A stretch of DNA of 64,000 nt, from the NCBI GenBank assembly GCA_963779995.1, contig CAVZZY010000002.1:278835-342834 (forward strand), in the 5' to 3' direction. The notes under the pieces were generated by a model. It did not search any database. It had not been told where the DNA came from and worked only from the letters and a program-made list of their open reading frames with translations. The position numbers were made by a program, and so were the translations under genes. Positions within the stretch are counted from its first letter, which is position 1. Each line of letters starts with the position of its first letter. This DNA is from an uncultured Acidobacteriaceae bacterium (GTDB lineage: Bacteria > Acidobacteriota > Terriglobia > Terriglobales > Acidobacteriaceae). This document shows, piece after piece, positions 17,711-27,923 of the stretch.

Positions 17711-17747
17711 GGTGATCACTATCATAGTGTCACCACCATGATGTCAA
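17711..17747 (-). promoter_or_regulatory. Candidate promoter (TTGACA-N15-TATGAT) overlapped by a near-perfect palindrome
   Basis: On the minus strand, TTGACA is at 17747-17742 and TATGAT at 17726-17721. GGTGATCACTAT/ATAGTGTCACC (17711-17734) is a dyad with 11-12-bp half-sites covering the -10. Confidence 0.45.
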
Positions 17748-17814
17748 TATTACGATTCTCGCGCAAGCTGCGGTTACAAAATATCTGCTCCTCTATACGC
17801 CGCAGTTTTCAACG

Positions 17815-19149
17815 TTACTGCGCCTTGAAACGGATCTCCACGTCCACGGTCTTGTCCTTCGCGTCCCGCGATTCATGAATGCTCACGGCCCAGCGTACGG
17901 CGCGGGGAAGGAGCTGTTCGGTTTCGTCCACAAATTTCTTGGGGTAATCGGCGTTGTAAGGCTGACCTTCGCGCAGATGCCACGCTGCCTGCATCCGAGC
18001 CTTGGCCTGGGTGTCGAGTCCTGCGATCTCCAACTCGCCCATTCTGTACAGGTCGCCTTCGACGATGTTCAGATCGTAGTGCACGGTGCTTTTCTCGTCG
18101 TCGAACTGGGCGTCGGGCTTGACTTGAACCGTCATATAGCCGCGGCTGCGGTAAAGCTTGTCCACGCTTTCGAGATCGCGGAGAAGCCGCACGGCGTCGG
18201 CAGGCTGTCCAGCCGGCATGTGGATGAGCGGAGCGACTTCGCTGATGGCAATTGCAGAGGTGCCCTTCCAGTCGACGCTGGAGCTTGAATAAATCCTGCC
18301 CGGCGTCACCGGAACGATCGCATCCACCTGAAGCTCGGACGCGCCCTGCGCATCCGCCGCAGGGAGGTGCGGCACCACGCGCGCGTCGGACGGACCAAAC
18401 GCGGCTTTCAAATATCCGCGCTGCAGGTACACGGGGAGCAGGTCTAGCTTGGCGGCCGCCGCGAGAGATGAGCGCAGGTATTCCGCTCCCGTGAGGCGGC
18501 GCCCGGCGTTTGTGAGCAGAGCCGCCTGCTCGGGCGAAGCTCCCGGAAATTCGACGTTGCGAATCCGGATAGTGACTTCCTCGACCCGATACACGATTGC
18601 GTTCAGGGCATCGCTCGACTCTTCTGTATTGCGCAGGAAATCTACCCGCCCGGGAAATTGTTTCTCGGTGAGCAGGGCTTGCAGCGCCTCGGAAACCCGT
18701 TCCGGAAGGTTGCCGGCAATGGGTAGCAACTGCTTGAACAGCGGCACGCTGCGTTGCACGGCGGTGAGCAGTTCGTCGTCGGTGAACCAGACGAAGTTCT
18801 CAAACTGCGCGGGGACCAGCTTGCTCTTGTCGGTGTCGGCGAGCTGCAGTTCGAGTCTCACGCCCGCGCTTGAAGAGGAATACGAATACACAACGCTGCT
18901 GAACAAGCCGGAATCGCCCAGGAGCTGCACCGCCTCTTTAAAATCACCGTCAGCGGCGTTCTGGCCCATCTGCAGGCCGCTGGCCGCAAGAATCTCTGTG
19001 TCGGTGTAGCGCGCAGTTCCCGTGACTTTCAGCCCGATAAGCTTGTAAGCGGCTGCGGAAGCTTGGCCAGCGCTGGTGGTCTGCTTCTGGCCTGCAGCGG
19101 CCGAAAGGAGCAGGGACAGGCAGAGCGCGAGCCGCATAACCCGGCTCAT
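17815..19149 (-). CDS. Secreted POTRA-repeat protein without a beta-barrel domain
   Basis: Signal peptide, then repeated POTRA-like units (YKLIGLKVTGTARYTDTEILAASGL..., IRNVEFPGASPEQ..., VDWKGTSAIAISEV..., MGELEIAGLDTQAKAR...). It ends at 444 aa with no Omp85 barrel. Confidence 0.75.
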   Translation of the reverse strand: MSRVMRLALCLSLLLSAAAGQKQTTSAGQASAAAYKLIGLKVTGTARYTDTEILAASGLQMGQNAADGDFKEAVQLLGDSGLFSSVVYSYSSSSAGVRLELQLADTDKSKLVPAQFENFVWFTDDELLTAVQRSVPLFKQLLPIAGNLPERVSEALQALLTEKQFPGRVDFLRNTEESSDALNAIVYRVEEVTIRIRNVEFPGASPEQAALLTNAGRRLTGAEYLRSSLAAAAKLDLLPVYLQRGYLKAAFGPSDARVVPHLPAADAQGASELQVDAIVPVTPGRIYSSSSVDWKGTSAIAISEVAPLIHMPAGQPADAVRLLRDLESVDKLYRSRGYMTVQVKPDAQFDDEKSTVHYDLNIVEGDLYRMGELEIAGLDTQAKARMQAAWHLREGQPYNADYPKKFVDETEQLLPRAVRWAVSIHESRDAKDKTVDVEIRFKAQ

Positions 19150-20060
19150 TTGGATCGCTTCCCAGCCCCGGCCGCGGAAAAATTATTGTGCTTCACGGCG
19201 ATGTCCATGAAGGCTTTGGCGGCGCGGCTGAGCGATTTGTCCTTGCGGAACACGAGCGCGAGGTCGCGCCGGATCTGCGCGTCGGCGAGGGTGATTGCAA
19301 CCAGCGCCTTGGCCCGGATGTCTTCCTCGATATTCGAGCGGGCGATGAATCCGACGCCGACATCGGCCGCCACAAAACGCTTCAGCAGTTCGCTCGAATC
19401 GAGTTCCATGGCCAGTTTCGGCTTCAAGTGATGGTCATAGAACAGCGCATCGAGTGCGTCGCGGGTGTGGCCCAGTTTGGGCACGACGAGCGGATAGGCG
19501 GAGACCTCGGCGACGGTGACGGTCTTCTTCGCCGCGAGCGCATGACTCGGAGCTGTGATCACAACTAGTTCGTCGCGATGAATCATCTGCGCCTCGAGCC
19601 GGTTGTCGGTCACGGGCAGCGAGACCACGCCAAAGTCCACCACGTTTTCAATAATCGACTCGAGAATTCTGGCGTAGTCCGAGCGCTTGATGCTCACGGC
19701 GACGTTCGGATAGTCGCGTTTGAATTGCGCGAACACCTCGGGCAGGATGTGCAGGCAGGTGCCTTCATTTGCTCCCACGACAATTTCACCGCGGGGCACG
19801 CGCTCGGTTTCGGCAATCTCGTTGAGGATGGTTTTGCGCCGCTCCAGCGTCTCCTCGGCATACTTGAAAAACAATTTGCCGGACGCGGTGAGCGAGACGC
19901 GGCCACCGGAGCGGTCGAGCAGGCGAGCGCCTACTTCTTCTTCGAGCGCCCGAATTTGAGACGAGATGGCGGGCTGGGTGCGAAAACGCTTCTCCGCCGC
20001 GCGGGAGAAGCTGGAGAGGCGCGCCACTTCCAGGAAGATTTCGAGCTGATCAAAATCCAT
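19146..20060 (-). CDS. LysR-family transcriptional regulator
   Basis: N-terminal wHTH LEIFLEVARLSSFSRAAEKRFRTQPAISSQIRALEEEVGARLLDR, followed by a substrate-binding fold. Its stop overlaps the next ATG (ATGA). Confidence 0.92.
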   Translation of the reverse strand: MDFDQLEIFLEVARLSSFSRAAEKRFRTQPAISSQIRALEEEVGARLLDRSGGRVSLTASGKLFFKYAEETLERRKTILNEIAETERVPRGEIVVGANEGTCLHILPEVFAQFKRDYPNVAVSIKRSDYARILESIIENVVDFGVVSLPVTDNRLEAQMIHRDELVVITAPSHALAAKKTVTVAEVSAYPLVVPKLGHTRDALDALFYDHHLKPKLAMELDSSELLKRFVAADVGVGFIARSNIEEDIRAKALVAITLADAQIRRDLALVFRKDKSLSRAAKAFMDIAVKHNNFSAAGAGKRSK

Positions 20061-20113
20061 CGTGTGCTGCCTCAGACACTATAGCGAGCCTGGGGCAATC
20101 ACGGAAGGGCAAA

Positions 20114-20170
20114 GGTGGTGTGGTGACGGGGCTTGCCCCGTCTAGGCGGGGCAAAGCCCCGCCACCACAC
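20114..20170. repeat. REP family A element (double inner hairpin inside an outer stem)
   Basis: GGTGGTGTGGT-GACGGGGCTTGCCCCGTC-TA-GGCGGGGCAAAGCCCCGCC-ACCACAC. Confidence 0.85.
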
Positions 20171-20186
20171 GTACCATCCCATTTGC

Positions 20187-21113
20187 CTAGACGTTGATTA
20201 CCGCGATGAGTTCCTTTACGGCGGCGGCGCTCTTGTCGAGGGCCGCTTTCTCTTCCGGAGTGAGTTTGATCTCGATGATCTGCTCGATTCCCTTGGCGCC
20301 GAGTTTCACCGGGACGCCAACGAAAAGTCCGTGGATGCCGTATTCTCCGTTCAAATACGCGGCGCAGGGGAGAATCTTTTTCTTGTCTTTGAGGATTGCC
20401 TCGACCATCTCGGTGGCGGCGGCCGACGGGGCGTAGTAAGCGGATCCAGTCTTGAGATATTTAACGATCTCGGCGCCGCCGTCGCGGGTGCGTTGGACGA
20501 TGCGATCGAGCGCAGCCTTCTCGATAAGTTCGGTGACGGGAATGCCGGCGACTGTCGAATATCGGGGAAGCGGGACCATGGTGTCGCCGTGCCCACCGAG
20601 GACGAAGGCGGTTACGTTCTCGACGCTAACGTTGAGTTCCTGGGCGATAAAAGTGCGAAAGCGGGCGGAGTCGAGTATGCCGGCCATGCCGATCACGCGC
20701 TCGCGCGGAAAGCCGCTCAGCTTGTAGGCGGCCTGCGCCATGGCGTCGAGGGGATTGGATACGATGATGAGGATGCAGTTCGGCGAATGCTGCACCACCT
20801 TGCCGACAACGTCGCTCATGATTTTGTAGTTGGTATTGAGAAGGTCATCGCGGCTCATGCCGGGCTTGCGTGGAATTCCCGCGGTGATAACGACAATGTC
20901 AGACTTGGCTGTGTCGGCATAGTCGTTCGTGCCGAGGATGGCGGAGTCGCGTTTCTCGACCGGCATGGCCTGGAGCAGGTCGAGGCCCTTGCCTTGGGGA
21001 ACGCCTTCGATGATGTCGATGAGGACGACATCGGCTAGCTCTTTCGATGCGATCCAGTGGGCGGCGGTGGCGCCTACGTTTCCGGAGCCTACTATCGTTA
21101 CTTTATTGCGCAT
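20187..21113 (-). CDS. mdh: Malate dehydrogenase (LDH-like type)
   Basis: [19 protein letters not shown]...[17 protein letters not shown]...GGHGDTMVP. Start taken at ATG 21113, because the track ORF start lies inside a REP element. Confidence 0.95.
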   Translation of the reverse strand: MRNKVTIVGSGNVGATAAHWIASKELADVVLIDIIEGVPQGKGLDLLQAMPVEKRDSAILGTNDYADTAKSDIVVITAGIPRKPGMSRDDLLNTNYKIMSDVVGKVVQHSPNCILIIVSNPLDAMAQAAYKLSGFPRERVIGMAGILDSARFRTFIAQELNVSVENVTAFVLGGHGDTMVPLPRYSTVAGIPVTELIEKAALDRIVQRTRDGGAEIVKYLKTGSAYYAPSAAATEMVEAILKDKKKILPCAAYLNGEYGIHGLFVGVPVKLGAKGIEQIIEIKLTPEEKAALDKSAAAVKELIAVINV

Positions 21114-21150
21114 GAAGTTTCCTTTCGTAATGTTCAGTAAACAATTCCCT

Positions 21151-21208
21151 GTAGAGACGCGGCGAGCCGCGTCTCCCACGGCGGAGACGGGGCAAACCCC
21201 GTCTCTAC
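21151..21208. repeat. REP family A element
   Basis: GTAGAGACGCGGCGAGCCGCGTCTC-CCACGGC-GGAGACGGGGCAAACCCCGTCTCTAC. Confidence 0.9.
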
Positions 21209-21222
21209 ACTCAGGGGATGTC

Positions 21223-22641
21223 TCAGTCCGCCGCCACCGCGACGCTCATGTTTTCGATCATGCAAGTGGCAAACTCGCTGGTTTTCACTTTGGTGGCGCC
21301 TGGCATCAGGCGCTCGAAATCGTAGGTTACTTTCTTCTGTTCGATGGTACGCTCCAGGCTCTGCTCGATCAGATCGGCGGCTTCGGCCCATCCGAGGAAG
21401 CGGAACATCATGACGCCCGAAAGAATGACGGAGCCGGGGTTGATGACGTCCTTGTCGGCGTACTTGGGAGCGGTGCCATGGGTCGCTTCGAAAATGGCGT
21501 AGCCGTCGCCGACGTTCGCCCCCGGAGCAATGCCAAGGCCGCCGACCTGCGCGGCGCAGGCATCCGAGATGTAGTCGCCATTCAAATTGGGCGTGGCCAG
21601 AACGCTGTATTCGTCTGCGCGTGTCACCACCTGCTGGAAGATGGAGTCGGCGATGCGGTCGTTGATCATCAGTTTTTTCTTCCAGGTGCCTTTGCCGTGC
21701 GTGGCATAGATGGAATCGAGACAGTCTCTCACTTCTTTGTAGATAGTCTGGCGGAATTCTTCCTGGGCGAACTCCAGGCCGGGTTCGACGAGGTTCGCGT
21801 TCTCCTCGATCGTGATACCAGGCTTCTTATCTTTGTTGTCGATGATCCAGCTCTCACGCTCGGTGACGACCTTGTCGCGGAACTCTTCCGTGGCGAGATC
21901 GTATCCCCACTGGCGAAACGCTCCTTCGGTGAACTTCTGGATGTTGCCTTTGTGAACGAGCGTCACCGCTTTGCATTTGTTATCGAGAGCATGTTGGATG
22001 GCCATGCGCACCAGGCGCTTGGTACCGGTCACGGAAATCGGCTTGATGCCGACGCCGGAATCGAGGCGGATCTGCTTTTTGCCGCCCTTCAGCATGTCTT
22101 TGTTGAGGAACTGGATCAGCCGATCGCAATCGGGCGTGCCTTCTTCCCATTCGATGCCGATGTAAACGTCTTCCGTGTTCTCGCGGAAAATGATGATGTT
22201 CATGCGCTCCGGATGTTTCACGGGCGAGGGCACTCCGGCGTAATACTTCACCGGACGTATGCAGCCGTAGAGGTCGAGGGTCTGGCGCAGCGCGACATTG
22301 AGGGAGCGGATGCCGCCTCCGACGGGCGTGGTCAGCGGGCCTTTGATGGCGACGCGAAATTCGCGGATGGCGGCGACCGTGTCGTCGGGAAGCCAGTTCT
22401 GAAAGCGAGCCTTGGCTTTTTCGCCGGCAAAGACCTCGTACCAGGCCACGGAACGCTTGCCGTTGTATGCCTTTTCGACAGCGGCGTCGAAGACGCGGAC
22501 GGACGCTTTCCAAATATCGCGGCCGGTGCCGTCGCCTTCAATGAAAGGGATGATCGGGTGATCGGGAACGCGGTACTTGCCGCTGCTGTATTCGATCTTT
22601 TGCCCGTGGGATGGGACAGGAACTCCGTTGAACGATGCCAT
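21223..22641 (-). CDS. icd: NADP-dependent isocitrate dehydrogenase (dimeric type)
   Basis: [14 protein letters not shown]...[13 protein letters not shown]...[10 protein letters not shown]...GTAPKYAG-like blocks. 472 aa. Confidence 0.95.
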   Translation of the reverse strand: MASFNGVPVPSHGQKIEYSSGKYRVPDHPIIPFIEGDGTGRDIWKASVRVFDAAVEKAYNGKRSVAWYEVFAGEKAKARFQNWLPDDTVAAIREFRVAIKGPLTTPVGGGIRSLNVALRQTLDLYGCIRPVKYYAGVPSPVKHPERMNIIIFRENTEDVYIGIEWEEGTPDCDRLIQFLNKDMLKGGKKQIRLDSGVGIKPISVTGTKRLVRMAIQHALDNKCKAVTLVHKGNIQKFTEGAFRQWGYDLATEEFRDKVVTERESWIIDNKDKKPGITIEENANLVEPGLEFAQEEFRQTIYKEVRDCLDSIYATHGKGTWKKKLMINDRIADSIFQQVVTRADEYSVLATPNLNGDYISDACAAQVGGLGIAPGANVGDGYAIFEATHGTAPKYADKDVINPGSVILSGVMMFRFLGWAEAADLIEQSLERTIEQKKVTYDFERLMPGATKVKTSEFATCMIENMSVAVAAD

Positions 22642-22843
22642 AACACTTGCCTCCAGAAGGCTTTAAGGAACCGGATCATTATAAATATTGAGGGAAGGGA
22701 GAGAAGGCTAGCCATCACAGGGGAATGTGACGACGATCACAATGGGGCGCGGCTTAGCGGAGCTCGCCGCCGCGCCACCCACTGCTCTCAAGTCCTAGAA
22801 AAGCGCGAGATCTGCGCCCCCTGCGTCTCTGCCACGGAGCACA

Positions 22844-23368
<525 letters not shown>

Positions 23369-23438
23369 AATCTCCTCGAATTCCTAAATTAATCTTCCTT
23401 GCATGGCTTCTTCACGCCAGCCGATGGTTTCGTGCGGT

Positions 23439-24041
23439 CTAGGGCTTGGCGGTGGAGGCACCGGCGCCATGGATTTCGATGTGCGTGATCTTGACGGAAC
23501 GAAGCGGGCGGTCATTTGAGTCGCGCGCCATACGAGCGATTTGCTTGACGAGTTCGACCGCCGCGTCATCGCACTGGCCGAAAATGGTATAGCCGCCATT
23601 GAGGCTGGGGTAGGGAACTTCAGTGATAAAGAACTGCGAGCCGTTGGTGTCGGGTCCGGCGTTGGCGTAGGCAAGACGGCCGGGGCGATCAAACTTGACG
23701 CTGGGCGAAGTCTCATTCTTGAATTTGTAGCCGGGATCGCCCGTGCCGTTGCCGGCGGGATCTCCACCCTGAATCATAAAACCGGGGATCACGCGGTGGA
23801 AGATGGTGCCGTCATAGAGTGGGACGCCTTGCTTTTTCGCATGGCCGATGGGGCTGGTCCAGTCTTTGGTACCGTTCGCAAGGCCGATGAAGTTCTCGAC
23901 TCCGACCGGGGCAACTTTCGGAAACAGCGTGCAATGGAAGTCGCCGGCCGTGGTGTGGATGATGGCGGTGGGCTCGGCCTGAGCAACGCCGAGCAGGGAG
24001 GTGGAGATTATCAGGACAAGCGTGTATATGAGAGTTCGCAT
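23439..24041 (-). CDS. Cyclophilin-type peptidyl-prolyl isomerase, secreted
   Basis: Signal peptide MRTLIYTLVLIISTSLLGVAQA, then FHRVIPGFMIQGGDP...YANAGPDTNGSQFFIT. GGAGG lies before ATG 24041. Confidence 0.9.
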   Translation of the reverse strand: MRTLIYTLVLIISTSLLGVAQAEPTAIIHTTAGDFHCTLFPKVAPVGVENFIGLANGTKDWTSPIGHAKKQGVPLYDGTIFHRVIPGFMIQGGDPAGNGTGDPGYKFKNETSPSVKFDRPGRLAYANAGPDTNGSQFFITEVPYPSLNGGYTIFGQCDDAAVELVKQIARMARDSNDRPLRSVKITHIEIHGAGASTAKP

Positions 24042-24115
24042 GGAGCCTCCTGTAGTGTTTTTTGGCAATCCTAATTCTACGACAGTCGATCCTAGCTTGT
24101 CGGTCGCTCGACCGT

Positions 24116-25348
24116 TCATCTGCTACTTTGCATCTCGTGGCTGACACGCTCGGCTTCGCGGAAAACGCGAAGCAGGTTGCCGCCCAGAATCTTGCGGATA
24201 TCGTCAGCGCTGTAGCCGCGGTCAAGCAGGGCTTGCGTGATCTTAGGCAGGTCGGCCGCGGAGTCGATGCCTTCGGGAGTTGCGCCGCTCACGCCGTCAA
24301 AATCTGAGCCCAATCCGACGTGCTCGATGCCAGCGACTTTGGCGATGTGGTCGATGTGATCGATGAGCGAACTGAGCGGCGGCCGCGGAATTTTCGCAAA
24401 CCACTCGCGCTCGATGCGGTCCGAGTCGAGGCTGGTGACGGTTTTTCCGGCGGCCTTGAGCTGGTCAGTGTAGGCCTTGATGGCGGCGTCGCGGTCTTTG
24501 GCCTGCGCCTCGGCGGCCTTGCGGTAGTTCTCGTCGATGAAGGCGCTGTAGAAATTCACCTGGACGACGCCTCCGTTCTTCGCGACGGCGCGCAGCATGT
24601 CGTCGGTCATGTTGCGGGGATGATTGGTGAGCGCGCGCGCAGACGAGTGCGACGCGATGAGCGGTGCTTTACTGACGGCGATGGCATCATAGAACGTCTT
24701 GTCGGCGACGTGCGAAATATCGACGAGCATGCCCAGCCGGTTCATCTCGACGACGATCTGCTTTCCCCCCTCGGTGAGGCCGTTGTGGTGCTCGACTTTA
24801 GGATTGTCGATGTCGCCGGAAGAGTCGGCCCACTCGTTGGTGTTCGACCAGCTCAGGGTCATGTAACGAACGCCGAGGCGGTAGAAATCGCGGAGCAGGC
24901 GAATGTCATTTTCGATGGAGTGGCCGCCTTCAATACCCAGAAGTGCGGCGAGCTTGTGCTCGCGGTGGGCGCGCTCAATGTCGTCGACGCTGAAGGCCAT
25001 CATCATGCGGTCGGGATAACGGGCCGCCTGCTCGTAGACCGAATCGATGAGATCGAGCGTGTGACGGGCGAAGTGGCCTTGGTTGGTTTCCGGTTCTACC
25101 CAGATGGAAAAGAACTCAGCGCCCAGATTGCCGGCCTTGGCCTTGTCGAGGCTGATGTGGCCGGGATCTTTGGGGTCGGTCGATCCGATGTCGTAGTTTT
25201 CGTCCAGGAAGCGCTGGGGTGTGTCGGCGTGTGTGTCGATGACGATGGCGGAGTTGTGGATCTCACGGGCTTTCTCGCTGACAGTCTGTGCATACACGGG
25301 GACGAAACAGGCGAGCGCGATTGCGACGGCAAATGTGAGCTTGTTCAT
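24116..25348 (-). CDS. Membrane dipeptidase (peptidase family M19), secreted
   Basis: VIDTHADTP, LVDISHV, ASHSSARAL and GLGSDFDG motifs. Signal peptide starts at ATG 25348. Confidence 0.88.
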   Translation of the reverse strand: MNKLTFAVAIALACFVPVYAQTVSEKAREIHNSAIVIDTHADTPQRFLDENYDIGSTDPKDPGHISLDKAKAGNLGAEFFSIWVEPETNQGHFARHTLDLIDSVYEQAARYPDRMMMAFSVDDIERAHREHKLAALLGIEGGHSIENDIRLLRDFYRLGVRYMTLSWSNTNEWADSSGDIDNPKVEHHNGLTEGGKQIVVEMNRLGMLVDISHVADKTFYDAIAVSKAPLIASHSSARALTNHPRNMTDDMLRAVAKNGGVVQVNFYSAFIDENYRKAAEAQAKDRDAAIKAYTDQLKAAGKTVTSLDSDRIEREWFAKIPRPPLSSLIDHIDHIAKVAGIEHVGLGSDFDGVSGATPEGIDSAADLPKITQALLDRGYSADDIRKILGGNLLRVFREAERVSHEMQSSR

Positions 25349-25461
25349 GGCGAACAAGAATTCTATACGATGCGGGAAGATTTGCTCATGGAGCGGCGGT
25401 GTTCTCGCGCGTCCGGCGGGCGCATCGGGACGGGCGAGGACGCCCGTCGCTCCATCATTAT

Positions 25462-25980
25462 TCATCCTGCCGTCACGGCGGAGAGCGCTTGCTGGACGCA
25501 CTGCTCAAGCGGTTGGTCCGTGTTGATGATTGTTTTGGGATAGGTTATGGGTTCGAAGCGGGCTTTCATTTCGAGGTAGAGCGCGAAAGTTCGGTTGTGC
25601 GCGGGGTGCGAGGGGTCGGGTTCAAGGTCGAGACGGCGGCGAGCGGATTCATCGGAACAGGCGCACTCGATGATCGTCCAGGGCTGGGCGAGTTCTCGGG
25701 CGAGCGCCAGAACGCGATCGATCTGATAGCTACGAGAGAAAGTGCGGCCGTCGAGAAAGATTTTGCGAGTGGGGGTCGCTTGCAGCAGGAAGCGGGCAGC
25801 TTCGAGCATCACCTCCATCACGAAGTCGTCTTGCAGGACAGAGTATTCGATGTCTTCTGGCGAGAACAGGGCGGCGCGGATCTCGTCTTTGCTAAGTAGA
25901 GCGCCTTCGGTGCGGCGTACCAGTTCGCGAGCGAGCGTGCTTTTGCCGGTTCCGGGAAGGCCTGCCATGAGAACAATCAT
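25462..25980 (-). CDS. P-loop ATPase/kinase (AAA_33-like)
   Basis: MIVLMAGLPGTGKSTLARELV (Walker A). Small 172-aa kinase-like fold. Confidence 0.75.
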   Translation of the reverse strand: MIVLMAGLPGTGKSTLARELVRRTEGALLSKDEIRAALFSPEDIEYSVLQDDFVMEVMLEAARFLLQATPTRKIFLDGRTFSRSYQIDRVLALARELAQPWTIIECACSDESARRRLDLEPDPSHPAHNRTFALYLEMKARFEPITYPKTIINTDQPLEQCVQQALSAVTAG

Positions 25981-26008
25981 CCTGTGGAGAGTGTAGCGGG
26001 GACAGGGT

Positions 26009-26809
26009 TCAGTTGGAGGCGCTTACCGCAGTGGCAGCGGCGGTGACGGTGCCCGGTTCGGTCACCGGTTCTTCCCCCGGCGGACGCGCGAAAATCGCCT
26101 GCGTCTGACGCCAGTCGTCGTACCGGTCGGAGACCATTACGTGGAAGCACCAATGGCGGCGCTCTTCTTCGGGTTCGACCAGGCCGAGGGCGTTCAGATA
26201 GAACAGGTAGTGTTCGACGAATCGAATCTGCTCGTTCGTCATGCCGCGGCGCTGCAGATCAACCGTGATACCAGCGAGATGAGAAGACGCGGTGTCACCA
26301 TCCACTGGGGCGGCGTTGCGATTGCGACGGCGAAGCTTCTTCTGCACCTTGACGGTACGGACGGCGGAGTTTACCTGGATCTGTGCGTGGAACTGGCGGT
26401 AATAAACCTCGGAAAGATCCTGCACGAAATCACGGGTCCACGGGCGGCAAAAACGGCGTGAAGGATCAAGACTGGACTCAATCTTCAGAGATTCGCTGGC
26501 CTCGATGGGCACGAGCGCGCCCGAGGCCTTGAGCGCTTCCAGTTGGTCGTCATCCTGAATGCGCGGCAGATCAAGGCGGTCGATCTCCTCGTTCTGCCGG
26601 AGCAGGGAATCGTGCGTCGGACGGAACAAGGGGTTCCAGAGGACTCCGAAGTGTCTGCGGACGCGCAGGAGACGACGGTGGCGAACACGTTGCAGGGCAA
26701 AGGCGGTTTCCGGCGAGGCGATCACAACGAAAGCGAGCGTCAGCGCAGTGAGCAGTGCGAGCGCCAGCGGCTTGCGGATTTTCAAACTTCGCGTTGCGGG
26801 TCTACGCAT
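26009..26809 (-). CDS. Membrane-anchored hypothetical protein with an LAS/M15-peptidase-like motif
   Basis: N-terminal TM anchor. SSHLAGITVDL resembles the SxHxxGxAxD zinc-ligand block of VanY/M15 peptidases. Start taken at the internal ATG 26809. Confidence 0.55.
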   Translation of the reverse strand: MRRPATRSLKIRKPLALALLTALTLAFVVIASPETAFALQRVRHRRLLRVRRHFGVLWNPLFRPTHDSLLRQNEEIDRLDLPRIQDDDQLEALKASGALVPIEASESLKIESSLDPSRRFCRPWTRDFVQDLSEVYYRQFHAQIQVNSAVRTVKVQKKLRRRNRNAAPVDGDTASSHLAGITVDLQRRGMTNEQIRFVEHYLFYLNALGLVEPEEERRHWCFHVMVSDRYDDWRQTQAIFARPPGEEPVTEPGTVTAAATAVSASN

Positions 26810-27085
26810 AGTGCAATTCGAGATCCATTGCCTCCGGTGGAATAGTCCGCCGATCTGTGCAAAACCTCGATTCTCCCAGAGGAGTTGCAATTGTAAACCA
26901 CAGGTCAACAATCTTGTGAAGCAATTCGGCCTAAGCCCTATTACTTAGGGGAGTTGTGGGTGGTTACCAGAGCGCAATTCGCTGATTCTTGGTACCACTA
27001 CTGTGGAAAGGCACCGCTTGGAAGACGGTAAAATTGGACTCTCGAATGCTTGCTGCCCGGCCCCCGGAAGGGCTTCCGATTTCAA

Positions 27086-27136
27086 GTAGAGACGGGCTAG
27101 CCGCGTCTAAAAAAATGGGGCTGGCCCCGACCCTAC
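27086..27136. repeat. REP family A element overlapping the sdhB stop
   Basis: GTAGAGACGGGCTAGCCGCGTCT-A7-TGGGGCTGGCCCCGACCCTAC. Confidence 0.8.
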
Positions 27137-27885
27137 TTGCGCAGCAGGTCGGTGAGCGCTTGAATCATGACCTGGCCACCGACTTCGGCAATCGACGTGG
27201 TCAGGGGAATACTCTTCGGGCAAATCTCGACACAATTCTGAGCGTAGCCACATTCCTGGATGCCGCCGTCGCCCATGAGTGCCGCCAACCGCTCGTGCTT
27301 CAAAGCCTGGCCGGTGGGATGGGTGTTGAACAGGCGCACTTGCGAGATGGTGGCAGCGCCGACAAATCCGGTGTGCTCGTTGAACTGAGGACAGGCTTCC
27401 ATGCAGCAGCAACACGAGATGCAGTTCGATAGCGGATAGGTTTTTTCCTGGTCCTGCATGGTCATGCGCGGCCCCGGACCGAGGTCGTAGGTGCCATCGA
27501 CCGGTATCCAGGCTTTGACTTTCATCAAATTCTCGAAGAGCACGCTGCGATCGACCGCAAGATCGCGCACGATCGGAAATTTCGTTAACGGCTCGAGTTT
27601 GATGGGCTGATCGAGGTGGTCGAGCAGGGTGGAGCAGGCCATGCGGGCGCGCCCATTGATCAACATGGCGCAGGAGCCGCAGATCTCTTCGAGACAATTC
27701 GAATCGTAGGTGATGGGCGTCGTCTGCTTGCCGTCGCGGGTGACGGGGTTGGCTGCGATCTCCATCAACGCCGAAGTGACGTTCATATTCGGCTTGTAAG
27801 GAATCTCGAACTCTTCCCACGACGGCTTGGCGTCGGGGGTGAGTTGGCGTTTGATTTTTAGGATTACGGCTTTATTGTTTGCCAT
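27133..27885 (-). CDS. sdhB: Succinate dehydrogenase/fumarate reductase iron-sulfur subunit
   Basis: CLEEICGSCAM (2Fe-2S), CISCCCCMEACP and CVEICP cluster motifs. Confidence 0.93.
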   Translation of the reverse strand: MANNKAVILKIKRQLTPDAKPSWEEFEIPYKPNMNVTSALMEIAANPVTRDGKQTTPITYDSNCLEEICGSCAMLINGRARMACSTLLDHLDQPIKLEPLTKFPIVRDLAVDRSVLFENLMKVKAWIPVDGTYDLGPGPRMTMQDQEKTYPLSNCISCCCCMEACPQFNEHTGFVGAATISQVRLFNTHPTGQALKHERLAALMGDGGIQECGYAQNCVEICPKSIPLTTSIAEVGGQVMIQALTDLLRK

Positions 27886-27890
27886 TTATG

Positions 27891-27920
27891 CTCTTAGCCT
27901 TTAGCTTCTAGCCCTCGCTG
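27891..27920. repeat. 7-nt-periodic spacer (TTAGCCT-like units) between sdhA and sdhB
   Basis: CTTAGCC TTTAGCT TCTAGCC CTCGCTG read directly from the sequence. Confidence 0.6.
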
Positions 27921-27923
27921 CCC

